DNA of 48,434 nucleotides from an uncultured Halobacteriales archaeon (GTDB lineage Archaea; Halobacteriota; Halobacteria; Halobacteriales; PXRE01): NCBI GenBank assembly GCA_964435625.1, contig CAYTAG010000002.1, positions 1 to 48,434 of the forward strand, read 5' to 3'. Shown piece by piece: positions 1 to 9,331 of this stretch (position 1 is its first letter; each line of letters starts with the position of its first letter). The notes under the pieces were generated by a model. It saw only the letters and a program-made list of their open reading frames with translations, ran no database searches and was not told where the DNA came from. The position numbers and the translations under genes were made by a program.

Positions 1-2
1 AC

Positions 3-548
3 GAGAACCTCCGGCGGCTCCACGACGAGCAACACCCGGCGATGGCGGGCCACAGTGCGCGGATGCACCGCCTGGAGAAGGCCCGGATCACCCACGCGTT
101 CTGCAACACCCTGTCGCTGACCCCCTGGGAGCGCGACCGGGCGCTGGGGCTCGTGACGGACCTGGACCTGACGGCGTTCGGCAGCCAGCGTGCCATCCCG
201 AAGGTCGCGCTGGTCGTGATCAAGCACGTCGTCGACCGGGAGCGACAGCGTCGCCTCGGCCTCCACGACGAGGAGTGGCTGGACGGGCGGAACCCCGACG
301 AGTTCGAGTCGCTGTACGAGCGCTTCGAGTCGATCACGGACGACCCCCGGTACGGGGAACTGCTGGACGCCTACGACCTGGACACGACCAGCGTCAACCG
401 CCTCGAACGCACCCTCCGGGAGCAACTCGACGAACAGGACCTCCAGGGGGCCGCCCTGGGGCGGTCACCCTACCGCGATCCCAGCCTGCCGCCGATCCGC
501 GACCGACCGAACGAGGAGGGCGGCGATCCCGTCGCCGGCGAACCCTGA
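3..548 (+). CDS. Conserved acidic haloarchaeal protein, 5'-truncated by the window edge (possibly RNA polymerase subunit epsilon-like; the name is tentative)
   Basis: The frame is open from base 3 with no stop before the listed Met at 42, so the CDS probably starts upstream of the window. Codons are GC3-rich and the C-terminal half is acidic. Stop TGA at 546-548. The family name is an unverified recollection. Confidence 0.55.
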   Translation, partial: ENLRRLHDEQHPAMAGHSARMHRLEKARITHAFCNTLSLTPWERDRALGLVTDLDLTAFGSQRAIPKVALVVIKHVVDRERQRRLGLHDEEWLDGRNPDEFESLYERFESITDDPRYGELLDAYDLDTTSVNRLERTLREQLDEQDLQGAALGRSPYRDPSLPPIRDRPNEEGGDPVAGEP

Positions 549-566
549 GGACGAGGGCACAGGAGT

Positions 567-1124
567 TCAGTCGTCGCCGGCCCGCCGCTCGCCCCCGGCC
601 TGGCCCTCGCTCATCGCATCGACGTGGGCCGCCAGTCGTTCGACGGCGGTGGCCTGTTCGCGGGTCCCCTCGGCGATGGTCCCGGTCGCGGCCCGGACGT
701 CGTCGGCGTAGGTCCTGACCCGGTCGACGGTGACGGCGATCTCCTCGGCGATGGCCGCCTGGTCGTCGTTGGCCGCCGCGACCTCGTCGATGCTCCCCGA
801 GACCTCCTCGACGGAGGCGGTCACCGACGCCAGGGCGTCCAGGGTCGCCTCGATCTCGGCGACGCTCTCGTCGACGGACTCGCTGGTGGCCTCGACGGCC
901 TCGGCGACCTCGTCGGTCTGGGCCTTGAACCCCGCGATCAACTGGTCGATCTCGTCGGCCGCGTCCATCCGGCCTTCCAGCTGGTCGATGGCCTCGATGA
1001 CGTGGTCGCTGTCGTCGGTCAACTCGGCGGTGGATTCGCGGGCGCGCTGGCTGGCCTCGTAGCCCCCCTCGTGTTGCTGGCCTCCGAACGCGGCAGCGAT
1101 GGAGCGGTACAGTTCAGATATCAT
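567..1124 (-). CDS. Small soluble protein made only of a methyl-accepting-chemotaxis (MCP/Htr) signalling-domain-like coiled coil
   Basis: Last 185 codons of track ORF 567..3338, starting at ATG 1124 (MISELYRS...). The sequence is Ala/Glu/Asp/Val-rich with a heptad pattern (..EIDQLIAGFKAQTDEVAEAVEAT..EEIAVTVDRVRTYADDV..), typical of the MCP cytoplasmic hairpin. No TM or HAMP region. The upstream part of the track ORF is antisense to the next gene and is rejected. Confidence 0.65.
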   Translation of the reverse strand: MISELYRSIAAAFGGQQHEGGYEASQRARESTAELTDDSDHVIEAIDQLEGRMDAADEIDQLIAGFKAQTDEVAEAVEATSESVDESVAEIEATLDALASVTASVEEVSGSIDEVAAANDDQAAIAEEIAVTVDRVRTYADDVRAATGTIAEGTREQATAVERLAAHVDAMSEGQAGGERRAGDD

Positions 1125-1294
1125 GTGGGTCCCCTGGTCGGACGCCGCCGGGTTCGCTTCGGCCCGTGATGAGAATTGTAACTCCACAGCGCGCGTACCA
1201 TCAGATTTTGGCGTTTCGTGGAAGAATGATCCGCGGCCGGCCGGAAATCTTCCGGACGACTGGAAACGGAGCCGCCCGGTCGGCCGGACGGGCG

Positions 1295-3217
1295 TCACCC
1301 GGTCGGCTGGAGGGGCAACTCCACGTGGGTCGCGTGCTCGCGTTCGTGGTAGACGGTGTTCTCGGCGACCCGGTACTCCTCGTCGGTGTACAGCGGCCCG
1401 CCGGTGTTGTGGTTGACGTCGAACCGCGGCCAGTTCGACGAGGAGACGTCCAGGCGGATGCGGTGGCCCGCGTCGAAGCGGTTGGCGGTGTCGTACGGCT
1501 CCATGTAGAACTCGTAGACCTCGCCCGGTTCCAGGGGGTCCGGTTCGTCGCGGTAGCCGCGGTAGCGCCCCCGACAGATCGAATCCGAGAGGTTCAGCGC
1601 GTACCCGTCGGGGTAGTCCTCGCTCCCGGGGTACTCGTCGATCAGTTTGGCGGTGAAGTCGGTGTCCGGCCCGTCGGTGGCGCCGTACACCCGCACCCGG
1701 ATGGGACCGGCGATCTCGACGGGTTCTTCGAGGGGTGGCGTCCGGAACACGAGCACGTCGTCGCGGTCCGCCAGCGGGCCGTACGGCGGCGAGGCACCGA
1801 AGGCGTCCTCGTCGGTGCGCTGATCGTAGCCGCCCCGGCCCGCGAAGTCGACGATGTTGCGGTCGCCCAGGGGGTACGCCCCCACCGACTCCTCGCGGGG
1901 TTCGTAGGTCAGGTACGAGGACGTGTTGCCGCCGATGGTGGGGACCGGGTCCTCGGGGTCGAACTCGTAGGTGGTCGCGGAGTCGTCGGCGGTGGGCAGG
2001 TCCCGCGAGAGCGTGCCGTCGCCGTGGGCGTAGAACGTCGTCATCTCGGTGCCCTCGGGCGGCCACTCCGCTGCGGAGCGCCACTCGCCGCCGTGGAACA
2101 GGTGGCCGTCGTCGGTCCGGTGGCCGTCGCCGGTGCCCATCAGGAAGTACTCCACGCGCGGGCGGTCCCAGGCGTCCTCGCCACGCAGGTAGTGATCGAA
2201 GAATGCCAGGCGCGTCTCGCGGTACTTTCGGACGGCGTCCTCGCCGAACGCGAGGTCCCCGGCAGTAGAGTGCTCCCAGGTGAGCGGCGGAAAGAGCAGG
2301 GCCTCGCTGTGGTCGTGGCCGCCGGGCAGTCTGGCGAGGTGGGTCCACGGGCCGATCAGGAGGTAGTGATCCGAGTCCGTGCGGTCCGCGAGGCCGCGGA
2401 AGTTGTCGGCGGTCGCACCCGTGTAGGAGTCGTACCAGCCGCCCGAGTAGACGGTCGGCACGTCGGCGCTCTCGTCGTAGTACCGCTCGAAGTTGATCCC
2501 TGGGTTCTGCCAGAGGTCCTCGGAGGCGCTGGCCGTCGTCATGACGTCGAACGTCCACTCCTCGTACCGGGGGAGTTCCGCGAGCGGGGACTCGCCGCGC
2601 TGGATGGGGCCGTCCTTCAGCACCTCGCGGACGTCCACGTCGGCGAAGGTCTGCTGGACCTCGGGGTCCGCAAGCGACTCGTGGGCGAACCCCGCGCCGA
2701 GGGTGAGCGCCCAGCAGAGCCACCGCAACTCGAAGGCGCCGTTGTGCCGGAACGTCTTCTCGCGGCCGTTGGCGGCGCCCATGTTGACGAACATCCCCGC
2801 CAGGCCCTCGGGGTCCTGGGTGGCCAGCGCGTTCTGGACCCACGCCCCGTAGGAGGTCCCGAGGGCTGCGACCTGGCCGTCGCAGTAGGGCTGGTCGGCC
2901 AACCACTCCACGGCGTCGGCGCCGTCCTCGGCCTCGCTGGTGTGGATGTAGAAGTCGCCGTCGCTGTCGAAGCGGCCGCGGACGTCCTGGATGGCGACGA
3001 CGTAGCCCCGCGAGGCGTACCACTCGCCGTGGCGGAGGCGGCCGCCCGTCCGGTCGTAGGGCGTCCGGTCGAGCAACGCCGGCCGGGGGTCGTCGACGGG
3101 GTCGCGGGTTTCCGGGTCCGCGGGCCGGTAGACGTCGGTCGCCAGTTCCGTGCCGTCCCGCGTCTCGACCCGGACGTCCAGGTCGGCGTGGACGGCGTAC
3201 TGCGGCTCGGATGCCAT
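1295..3217 (-). CDS. CocE/NonD family hydrolase (X-Pro dipeptidyl-peptidase S15-like alpha/beta hydrolase)
   Basis: 640 aa starting at ATG 3217 (MASEPQY..). Family blocks include RTPYDR, GYVVAIQDVRGRFDSDG, ALGTSYGA (nucleophile elbow G-x-S-x-G), and a C-terminal beta-sandwich ending ..NTVYHEREHATHVELP. The 28 upstream codons in the track look non-coding. Confidence 0.85.
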   Translation of the reverse strand: MASEPQYAVHADLDVRVETRDGTELATDVYRPADPETRDPVDDPRPALLDRTPYDRTGGRLRHGEWYASRGYVVAIQDVRGRFDSDGDFYIHTSEAEDGADAVEWLADQPYCDGQVAALGTSYGAWVQNALATQDPEGLAGMFVNMGAANGREKTFRHNGAFELRWLCWALTLGAGFAHESLADPEVQQTFADVDVREVLKDGPIQRGESPLAELPRYEEWTFDVMTTASASEDLWQNPGINFERYYDESADVPTVYSGGWYDSYTGATADNFRGLADRTDSDHYLLIGPWTHLARLPGGHDHSEALLFPPLTWEHSTAGDLAFGEDAVRKYRETRLAFFDHYLRGEDAWDRPRVEYFLMGTGDGHRTDDGHLFHGGEWRSAAEWPPEGTEMTTFYAHGDGTLSRDLPTADDSATTYEFDPEDPVPTIGGNTSSYLTYEPREESVGAYPLGDRNIVDFAGRGGYDQRTDEDAFGASPPYGPLADRDDVLVFRTPPLEEPVEIAGPIRVRVYGATDGPDTDFTAKLIDEYPGSEDYPDGYALNLSDSICRGRYRGYRDEPDPLEPGEVYEFYMEPYDTANRFDAGHRIRLDVSSSNWPRFDVNHNTGGPLYTDEEYRVAENTVYHEREHATHVELPLQPTG

Positions 3218-3466
3218 GCCCCCACACGTGGCGTGCGGAAGAAATAACTTGCCCAACGCGGGGCGAACCCCGGGTCGGGAGCAGCAGTAAAACCCCGCCA
3301 CGTCGCATCAATTTTTTGTTAGATGTGCCGGAAACCAAGCGAGGAAGCGGGCGTCAAATCCCCTCAACGAGATGACCTGTCCAACGACAAATTTAATAGC
3401 TCGGTTTCTGATGGTAGGGCGTATAGTGTGAGGGATGGCATCACCTCACACTACCGGAGGAGCCAC

Positions 3467-5101
3467 ATGACAGACGAGGATACACCGGACGGCAGCGACG
3501 GAACGACGCCGGCGGCCGCCGAGGGCGATCCGGCCCCGCCGGAGGAGTCCGACTTCGTAGAGTACGGCATCGACGACAAACCGCCGCTGGGGGAGTCCAT
3601 CCTGCTCGGGGTACAGCACTACCTGACGATGATCGGCGCCACCATCGCGATCCCGCTGGCGCTGATCGCGACGATGAACGGCGTCGAGGGCGTGGACATG
3701 CCGACGTCCGCCCAGGCGCAACTGATCGGGACGTTCTTCGTCGTCTCGGGGATCGCGACGCTGGCGCAGACGACCATCGGGAACCGCTACCCCATCGTCC
3801 AGGGCGGGACGTTCTCGATGCTGGCACCCGCGGTCGCCATCATCGCCGCCGTCGGCGCCGAGGGTGCGGGCTACGAGATCATGCTCCGGGAACTCCAGGG
3901 CGCGATCATCGTCGCGGCGCTGATCGAGGTCGTGATCGGCTACGGGGGCGTCATGGGGTGGCTCAAGCGGTACATGTCACCCGTCGTGATCGCGCCGGTG
4001 ATCGCGTTGATCGGCCTGGCGCTGTTCAACACGCCCCAGATCGTCGATCCGGGCGACTCGCTACACCTGACCGCAGGGTCGAACCAGAACTGGTGGCTGC
4101 TCGGCCTGACGGTGCTGCTCATCGTCGGCTTCTCGCAGTATCTGGACAAGTACAGCCGGTACGCGCGGCTGTTCCCGGTGTTGCTCGGGGTCGGGGCAGC
4201 CTGGGTGGTCGCCGCCGTCCTCACCGCCGGGGGCGTCCTGGAGCCCACCAGCATCAGCGGCGTCAACTTCGAGCAGGTCGCCAGCGCGAGCGCCATCCAG
4301 CCGATCACGCCGCTGCAGTGGGGGATGCCGCAGTTCTCGACCGCGTTCGTCATCGGCATGTTCGCCGGCGTCGTCGCCTCCATGATCGAGAGCTTCGGGG
4401 ACTACCACGCCGTCGCGCGGCTGGCGGGTATCAGCGCCCCGAGCCGCAAGCGGGTCAACCACGGCATCGGCATGGAGGGGCTGGGCAACGTCTTCGCCGG
4501 CATCATGGGCACCGGCAACGGGTCGACCTCCTACTCCGAGAACATCGGCGCCATCGGCATCACGGGCGTCGCCTCGCGGTACGTCGTCCAGATCGGCGCG
4601 GTCGTGATGATCGTCGTCGGCTTCGTCGGGTACTTCGGCCAGCTCGTCGCCACGATCCCGACGCCCATCGTCGGCGGGCTGTTCATCGCGATGTTCGGCC
4701 AGATCGCCGCGGTCGGGCTGGCGAACCTGAAGTACGTCGACCTGGACTCCTCCCGGAACGTGTTCATCATCGGGCTCGCGCTGTTCGCCGGGCTGGCCAT
4801 CCCGGAGTACATGGCGCAGTTCGCGGGTCCCGGGACCTTCCGTGAAGGCATGTCGGCGTTCCCCGCCCTCGGGTCGGTGCTCGGCTCGCGGATCGTCTCC
4901 GACACCGTCTTCGTCGTCGGGTCGACCGGCATGGCCGTCGGCGGGATCATTGCGTTCGTCCTCGACAACACCGTCGAGGGCACCCGCGAGGAGCGCGGCC
5001 TCGAACAGTGGGAGGAGATCGCCGAGGACGAGTCGGAGTTCCAGTCGGTCTTCGACCGCGTCCGCGGCACCGACGAGCGGCCCGCGCGCGGCGCCGACTG
5101 A
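3467..5101 (+). CDS. NCS2 family nucleobase/ascorbate-type permease (xanthine/uracil permease family)
   Basis: 544 aa from ATG 3467 (MTDEDTPDG..). Multi-pass hydrophobic protein with NCS2-like blocks (LGVQHYLTMIGATIAIPL, QGGTFSML, ESFGDYHAVARL, GTGNGSTSYSENIGAIGITGVASR). The upstream 48 codons are AT-rich and unlikely to be coding. Confidence 0.85.
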   Translation: MTDEDTPDGSDGTTPAAAEGDPAPPEESDFVEYGIDDKPPLGESILLGVQHYLTMIGATIAIPLALIATMNGVEGVDMPTSAQAQLIGTFFVVSGIATLAQTTIGNRYPIVQGGTFSMLAPAVAIIAAVGAEGAGYEIMLRELQGAIIVAALIEVVIGYGGVMGWLKRYMSPVVIAPVIALIGLALFNTPQIVDPGDSLHLTAGSNQNWWLLGLTVLLIVGFSQYLDKYSRYARLFPVLLGVGAAWVVAAVLTAGGVLEPTSISGVNFEQVASASAIQPITPLQWGMPQFSTAFVIGMFAGVVASMIESFGDYHAVARLAGISAPSRKRVNHGIGMEGLGNVFAGIMGTGNGSTSYSENIGAIGITGVASRYVVQIGAVVMIVVGFVGYFGQLVATIPTPIVGGLFIAMFGQIAAVGLANLKYVDLDSSRNVFIIGLALFAGLAIPEYMAQFAGPGTFREGMSAFPALGSVLGSRIVSDTVFVVGSTGMAVGGIIAFVLDNTVEGTREERGLEQWEEIAEDESEFQSVFDRVRGTDERPARGAD

Positions 5102-5176
5102 CTGCGAACCGACCCCGACTTTTCGGGTTCGAACTCACGGGAAGAGGTAAGTGTCCCGCGGTCGCCGTTCCCGACG

Positions 5177-5623
5177 ATGGCAGACGACCGCCTGCAGTCG
5201 GCCGTCCCCGACGGCGAGGCGTTGCGGTACTCGGCCGACCTCCGGGGCGGCGGCGCCGTCGGGGTCACCGACGAGCGGTTGCTCGTCGTCGACGGCGACG
5301 CCAGAAGCGTCGCCTTCGAGTCCATCGAGGAGGTCACCGCCAGGCAGGTCGACTGGTTCGTGGCCGTCCTCAGCGTGGCGCTGGTCGGCGTCGGCGTCGT
5401 GACCGCCGCGAGCAATCCGCTCCTCGGCGTGGCCTTCGTCGCCGCCGGCGTCGCGAGCCTCGTCCTCGTCTACCGCAAGCGCGGCAAGGTCCTCGTCGAG
5501 GTGGACGGCCGGGGCAAGCCGCTGGCGTTCCACGTCGACTCGACCGACGAGTTCCTCGACCGACTGGGCGAGCGACTGGACCGCTACGAGCGGCGGCTTC
5601 GGACCGACGGAGCGGAGCCGTGA
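5177..5623 (+). CDS. Small membrane protein with an N-terminal PH-like (bPH/YdbT-like) segment and two TM helices
   Basis: ATG 5177. The motif ..GVTDERLLVVDGD.. is followed by a hydrophobic stretch (WFVAVLSVALVGVGVVTAASNPLLGVAFVAAGVASLVLVY). Codon usage is coherent with neighbouring genes. Confidence 0.6.
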   Translation: MADDRLQSAVPDGEALRYSADLRGGGAVGVTDERLLVVDGDARSVAFESIEEVTARQVDWFVAVLSVALVGVGVVTAASNPLLGVAFVAAGVASLVLVYRKRGKVLVEVDGRGKPLAFHVDSTDEFLDRLGERLDRYERRLRTDGAEP

Positions 5624-5663
5624 CCGCCAAACCGTTATCGGGGCCGGTCCCCAACGCGGGCGC

Positions 5664-6890
5664 ATGAGCGACCACACGGACCACGGCCACGACGACATGC
5701 TGTGGCGCGAGGCCGCCGTCGACCGCGTGCTCGACCTCCGGTCGTCCTTTCTGGCCGACCGCGGGACCGGGACGGTCCCGCTCGACCGGGTCGCGGGCCG
5801 GGTGCTCGCGGAGCCGGTCGACGCGTCCGCGGACGTGCCGGCCCACGACCACGCCACGATGGACGGGTTCGCCTTCGACGCCGGCGACGACTACCCGCTG
5901 GCCGTCCGCGAGGGCGAGACCTTCCCCGCGGACGACCCGGCCGAGATCGGCGAGGGCGAGGCGGTCCGCATCGCCACGGGGGCGCCGCTGCCCGAGCGCG
6001 CGAACGTCGTCCTCAAGCGCGAGGAGGCGACCGCCGAGGACGGCCGTCTCCGCGGTCCGGACCTCGATCCCGGCACGTACGTCTACGAGCGGGCCAGCAA
6101 CGTCGAGGCGGGCGAACGGCTGTTCGAGGCCGGCGAACGGCTCTCCCCGAAGGACGCCATCCTCCTGGGTGACCTGGGGATCGACGAGGTGACGGTCCGC
6201 GAGCGCCCCTCGGCCGGCGTCCTCGCGACCGGCACCGAGATCCACGAGGGGCGCAGCCGCGACCTGGACTCGCCGATGCTGGCGGGGTTGATCCGCTCGT
6301 GGGGCCACGAGGCGACTTACGAGGGGACCGTGCCCGACGAGTACGACCGCGTCGAGGCCCGGATTGCCGACCTCGCCGAGGAGTACGACGTCGTCGTGAC
6401 GACGGGCGGCACCAGCGTGGGCCACGAGGACCACGTCGTCGCCGCGCTGTCGTCGCTCGGCGAGGTGCTGTTCCACCGCGTCCGCCTCCGTCCCGGTAAG
6501 CCCATCGCGTTCGCGCGGTTCCCCGACCACGATGCAGTCGTCATCGCGGTCCCGGGCAAACCCGTCGGCGCCCACACCGTGACGGCGCTGGTCGCGCGAC
6601 CCTTCTTCACCGGCGAGCGCCGTGTCTCGACGGTCGAGGCGACGCTGGCGCGGGACGTGAACCTGGGTCCGGAGGGCTTCGAGTACGCCGTCCCCGTGAC
6701 CCTGGACGGCGGCGAAGCGATGCCGCTGGGCCACGCCGACTCCGCGCTGTCGGTCTACCGGGAGACGTTCGACCCGAGCGTCCTCTCGTCGAGCACGCGC
6801 GCGACGCGCGCGGACGGGGTCGTGGTGACGACCGAAGATCGCTCGGCCGGCGAGACCGTTCGGGTCGCCCCGTACGAGGCGCTGGAGTAG
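5664..6890 (+). CDS. moeA: Molybdopterin molybdenumtransferase MoeA
   Basis: 408 aa with MoeA blocks: PAHDHATMDGFA, GEAVRIATGAPLP, GTEIHEG, VVVTTGGTSVGHEDHV, RLRPGKP, AVPGKPVGA. Confidence 0.9.
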   Translation: MSDHTDHGHDDMLWREAAVDRVLDLRSSFLADRGTGTVPLDRVAGRVLAEPVDASADVPAHDHATMDGFAFDAGDDYPLAVREGETFPADDPAEIGEGEAVRIATGAPLPERANVVLKREEATAEDGRLRGPDLDPGTYVYERASNVEAGERLFEAGERLSPKDAILLGDLGIDEVTVRERPSAGVLATGTEIHEGRSRDLDSPMLAGLIRSWGHEATYEGTVPDEYDRVEARIADLAEEYDVVVTTGGTSVGHEDHVVAALSSLGEVLFHRVRLRPGKPIAFARFPDHDAVVIAVPGKPVGAHTVTALVARPFFTGERRVSTVEATLARDVNLGPEGFEYAVPVTLDGGEAMPLGHADSALSVYRETFDPSVLSSSTRATRADGVVVTTEDRSAGETVRVAPYEALE

Positions 6891-6906
6891 GGTCCGAACC
6901 CCCTGC

Positions 6907-7173
6907 TCACTCCAGCGATAGGTCCACGACGTCGTTGTACCGCTGGGCGTCGTAGGCGGCCCGGCCCCACCCCGGTGGCAACAGCAGCGGGACCGTCGGC
7001 AGCGGCAGGACGAGCAGGGCGTACGTCGGGAGCGCGAGGACGTCGACCGTGGCAGGCACCAGCGTCGTGAAGGCTCCGGCCGTCACGGCCCGGCGTTCGC
7101 CCGACGGGACGAAACCTGACCGCCGCTCGGTGCTTCGGCGTGTGCGTCCGGCGGCCCGCCGCGCTCCCGGCAC
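6907..7173 (-). CDS. Possible small membrane protein (hypothetical)
   Basis: 88-codon ORF convergent with moeA. It has a basic N-terminus and then a Pro/Leu-rich hydrophobic segment (ALPTYALLVLPLPTVPLLLPP). An AT-rich promoter-like stretch lies just upstream at about 7185-7235. No recognisable family. Confidence 0.3.
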   Translation of the reverse strand: MPGARRAAGRTRRSTERRSGFVPSGERRAVTAGAFTTLVPATVDVLALPTYALLVLPLPTVPLLLPPGWGRAAYDAQRYNDVVDLSLE

Positions 7174-7296
7174 CCCCGGACGCGACCGATTCTTTAGTTT
7201 CTAAAGTATATTCTTCGGATTCTATAGGATTGGCGGTCGGCCGTGGCTCGCGAGCGACCGCGGAGCGGCCGAAACCGGGCCGGCCGGCGCGCGCGT

Positions 7297-7578
7297 TCAG
7301 GGCTGTTCCTCGGCCAGCGCCTCGACGCGGAGGCGGTCGAGGTTCGCCTCGACGACCACGTCGTCGGGGGGGTCCCGGCCGGAGAGCACGTCGTTTTTCA
7401 TGTCCTTCATGTAGCGGTAGCAGCGCTCGCACAGCGGCGCCTCCAGGTTCCTGTCGACGTCGACGCCGCGGTGCTCACGGAGGTGGTCGGTCCACTGGGT
7501 GAAAAGCACCAGCGACAGCGGCGCGTCCTCGTCGTCACAGCGGGCGCAGGCGTCGCCGAGTTCGTCGAACGTTCCCAT
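7297..7578 (-). CDS. Small zinc-ribbon-like protein (CxxC...CxxC), hypothetical
   Basis: 93 aa from ATG 7578 (MGTFDELGDACARCDDED...PLCERCYRYMKDM..). The protein is acidic. The 48 upstream codons in the track are Arg-rich and implausible as coding sequence. Confidence 0.6.
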   Translation of the reverse strand: MGTFDELGDACARCDDEDAPLSLVLFTQWTDHLREHRGVDVDRNLEAPLCERCYRYMKDMKNDVLSGRDPPDDVVVEANLDRLRVEALAEEQP

Positions 7579-7633
7579 TTTCCGAGGGGTACGCCCGGCG
7601 CGTAGTAGACCTTGTGGTGACGGGTCGGTTCGA

Positions 7634-7726
7634 ACGGCATCTTGGACAGCACCGCCCGGAAAGCCTCCGCGCGCTCTCCGTAGACGGCATCTTGGTCGGC
7701 GACAGCCAGAAAGCCCCCGCACGCTC
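7634..7726. repeat. Two about 43-nt imperfect direct repeats with 50-nt period in a long GC-rich intergenic region
   Basis: Unit 1 (7634-7676) is ACGGCATCTTGGACAGCACCGCCCGGAAAGCCTCCGCGCGCTC. Unit 2 (7684-7726) is ACGGCATCTTGGTCGGCGACAGCCAGAAAGCCCCCGCACGCTC. About 34 of 43 positions are identical by eye. They are followed by the 13-mer CGCGCTGCTCGCG, which occurs twice (about 7768-7780 and 7793-7805). Confidence 0.6.
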
Positions 7727-7899
7727 GACTCCCGGGGCGGGCGAGAGTACGTTCTCGCCAGGTCGCTCGCGCTGCTCGCGGAACCCTCGCTGCGCGCTGC
7801 TCGCGCGCGCCACCGCTCCGCTGGCGGGCGTTCCTCAACGAGACGCCCGGCGTCTGGGGTCGGCGGTAGTCCCGGTCGACCCTGGTCGGTCCGGGTGGC

Positions 7900-8985
7900 T
7901 CACTCGTGGAGGACGACCAGGAACCGGCCGGGGAACGTCGCCGCGACCTCGAAGTCGACCTCGCGAGGGTCGCCGTCTTCGGGGTCGAACGTGACCGATC
8001 CCTCGCGCTGGTCGTCGGCCGCGATTCCCGTCCAGGCGACGCCGAGGCCCTCCTCGTCGCGGACGTACTCGCCCAGCGGGGTGCCGGCCAGGTCCTTGGT
8101 CGTCGTGCCGATCAACCCGGCGGCGGCGTCGTTGGCCTCGATGCAGACGCCGCTGTCGTTGACGAACAGCATGGGGTCGTCGGTGGCCTCGAAGACGGCC
8201 TCGAACTGCCGGCGCAACGCCCGCGGGTCCCCCTCCGTCGAGAGCACGTCGTCGAGTTCGCTGAGGTACAGCGAGACGCCGTCGTCGGCCGGGTAGATCC
8301 GCACCTCCAGCCAGGTGAAAAGCGGCGGGTAGAACTCCTCGAAGGTCACCGAACGGTCGCGCTCGACGGCCGCCTCCAGGCGCTCCTGGAAGCGCGTCCC
8401 GATGGCGTCCGGGAACGCCACCCAGAACACCTCCCCGACCAGCTCCGTCGACTCCCGGCCGAACAGGTCCTCGCCGGCGCTGTTGATGTGGGTGATCCGC
8501 CAGTCGTCGTCGAGGCTGACGACCGCGTCGGTGACCCGGGCCAGCAGGTTCCGGAGCCGCTGGTGGGTCCGTTCGGCCTCCTGCTCGGCGCGGCGCTTCT
8601 CGACCGCGGTGACGATCCGGTTGGCCAGCACGTCGAACCCCTCGGGGCCACGGCCCTTGCGGACGTAGTCGGTCACGCCCGCCTGGATCGCCTCGGCGGC
8701 CACCTTCTCGCTGCCCTTGCCGGTCAGCAGGATGAAGGGCAGGTCCGGGTAGTCGTCCCGGATCGCCTGCATGAACTGCAGGCCGTTGCGGCCAGGCATC
8801 TCGTAGTCGCTGACCACGCAGTCGAAGGAATCGTCCAGCTTGCGGATGCCCTCGCGGGCGCTCGTGGCCGTCACGATGGAGAGCCCGTCGTGTTCGGTCT
8901 CGATGTACTCGGCCGCAGTGTCGGCCAGGTTCGGCTCGTCGTCGACGAGCAACACCCGGACGACGCCGCCCGCGAACTCCGCCAT
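7900..8985 (-). CDS. Response regulator receiver domain protein with two PAS domains
   Basis: The receiver domain shows VLLVDDEP...DCVVSDYEMPGRNGL...PFILLTGKGSE..A..AGVTDYVRK. Two PAS-like modules follow (VVSLDDDWRITHINSAGEDLFG.. and MLFVNDSGVCIEANDAAAGLIG..). No output kinase or HTH domain. Confidence 0.85.
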   Translation of the reverse strand: MAEFAGGVVRVLLVDDEPNLADTAAEYIETEHDGLSIVTATSAREGIRKLDDSFDCVVSDYEMPGRNGLQFMQAIRDDYPDLPFILLTGKGSEKVAAEAIQAGVTDYVRKGRGPEGFDVLANRIVTAVEKRRAEQEAERTHQRLRNLLARVTDAVVSLDDDWRITHINSAGEDLFGRESTELVGEVFWVAFPDAIGTRFQERLEAAVERDRSVTFEEFYPPLFTWLEVRIYPADDGVSLYLSELDDVLSTEGDPRALRRQFEAVFEATDDPMLFVNDSGVCIEANDAAAGLIGTTTKDLAGTPLGEYVRDEEGLGVAWTGIAADDQREGSVTFDPEDGDPREVDFEVAATFPGRFLVVLHE

Positions 8986-9331
8986 CGAGACGCCCTAGGA
9001 ACGGTCGGGTATTATTGGTTTGGTAATAGGTCGAGCGTGCCGCTGGCCCCCAAGACCGCCCGCCTACCGCCGGGCCGCGGCCACTGCGGCGGCCCCGGCA
9101 CGACGAGCACCGCCGGCCACGCGGTGAACCCGGGCAAGTCGACGCCCGAAGCCGGCTCCGCGGAGACCCTGGGCGTCGGCATCGGTTCGGCGATGCTCAC
9201 GAACGGCAGTCTTCCGTGTTCTGGCCGGTGTCGGATCCGGTACTGGACGTGCCTTGGCTCCGACTTCCCATCTGCTAACTATTTCTACCGATAGTAAACG
9301 GTGTTCGATAGGTCCGAGCTAATTTGAAGAC

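Noticed and set aside
567-3338. Very long ORFs overlapping real genes on the opposite strand or in another frame in the high-GC flanks. Examples: 567..3338- (N-terminal 738 codons), 1166..3247+, 5370..6734-, 7906..9294+, 35928..38294+ (N-terminal part), 35847..37889- (N-terminal part), 38135..40423-, 42733..44301+, 43456..44697- (N-terminal part), 45041..46225-, 46976..48106-.
   Set aside because: Their products are Arg/Pro/Gly-rich, low-complexity and basic, which is typical of stop-codon-poor antisense frames in about 65% GC DNA. In every case the other strand or frame encodes a protein with clear family motifs.
7579-7899. Possibility that the long GC-rich spacer encodes SRP (7S) RNA or RNase P RNA. 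Sub-strings such as CCCGGAAAGCC and CAGCCAGAAAGCC superficially recall conserved motifs.
   Set aside because: The universally conserved blocks I can recall (for example GAGGAAAGTCCGGGC for RNase P, and the GGAA/AGCA helix-8 motifs of SRP RNA) are not present on either strand. Only a covariance-model scan could settle it.
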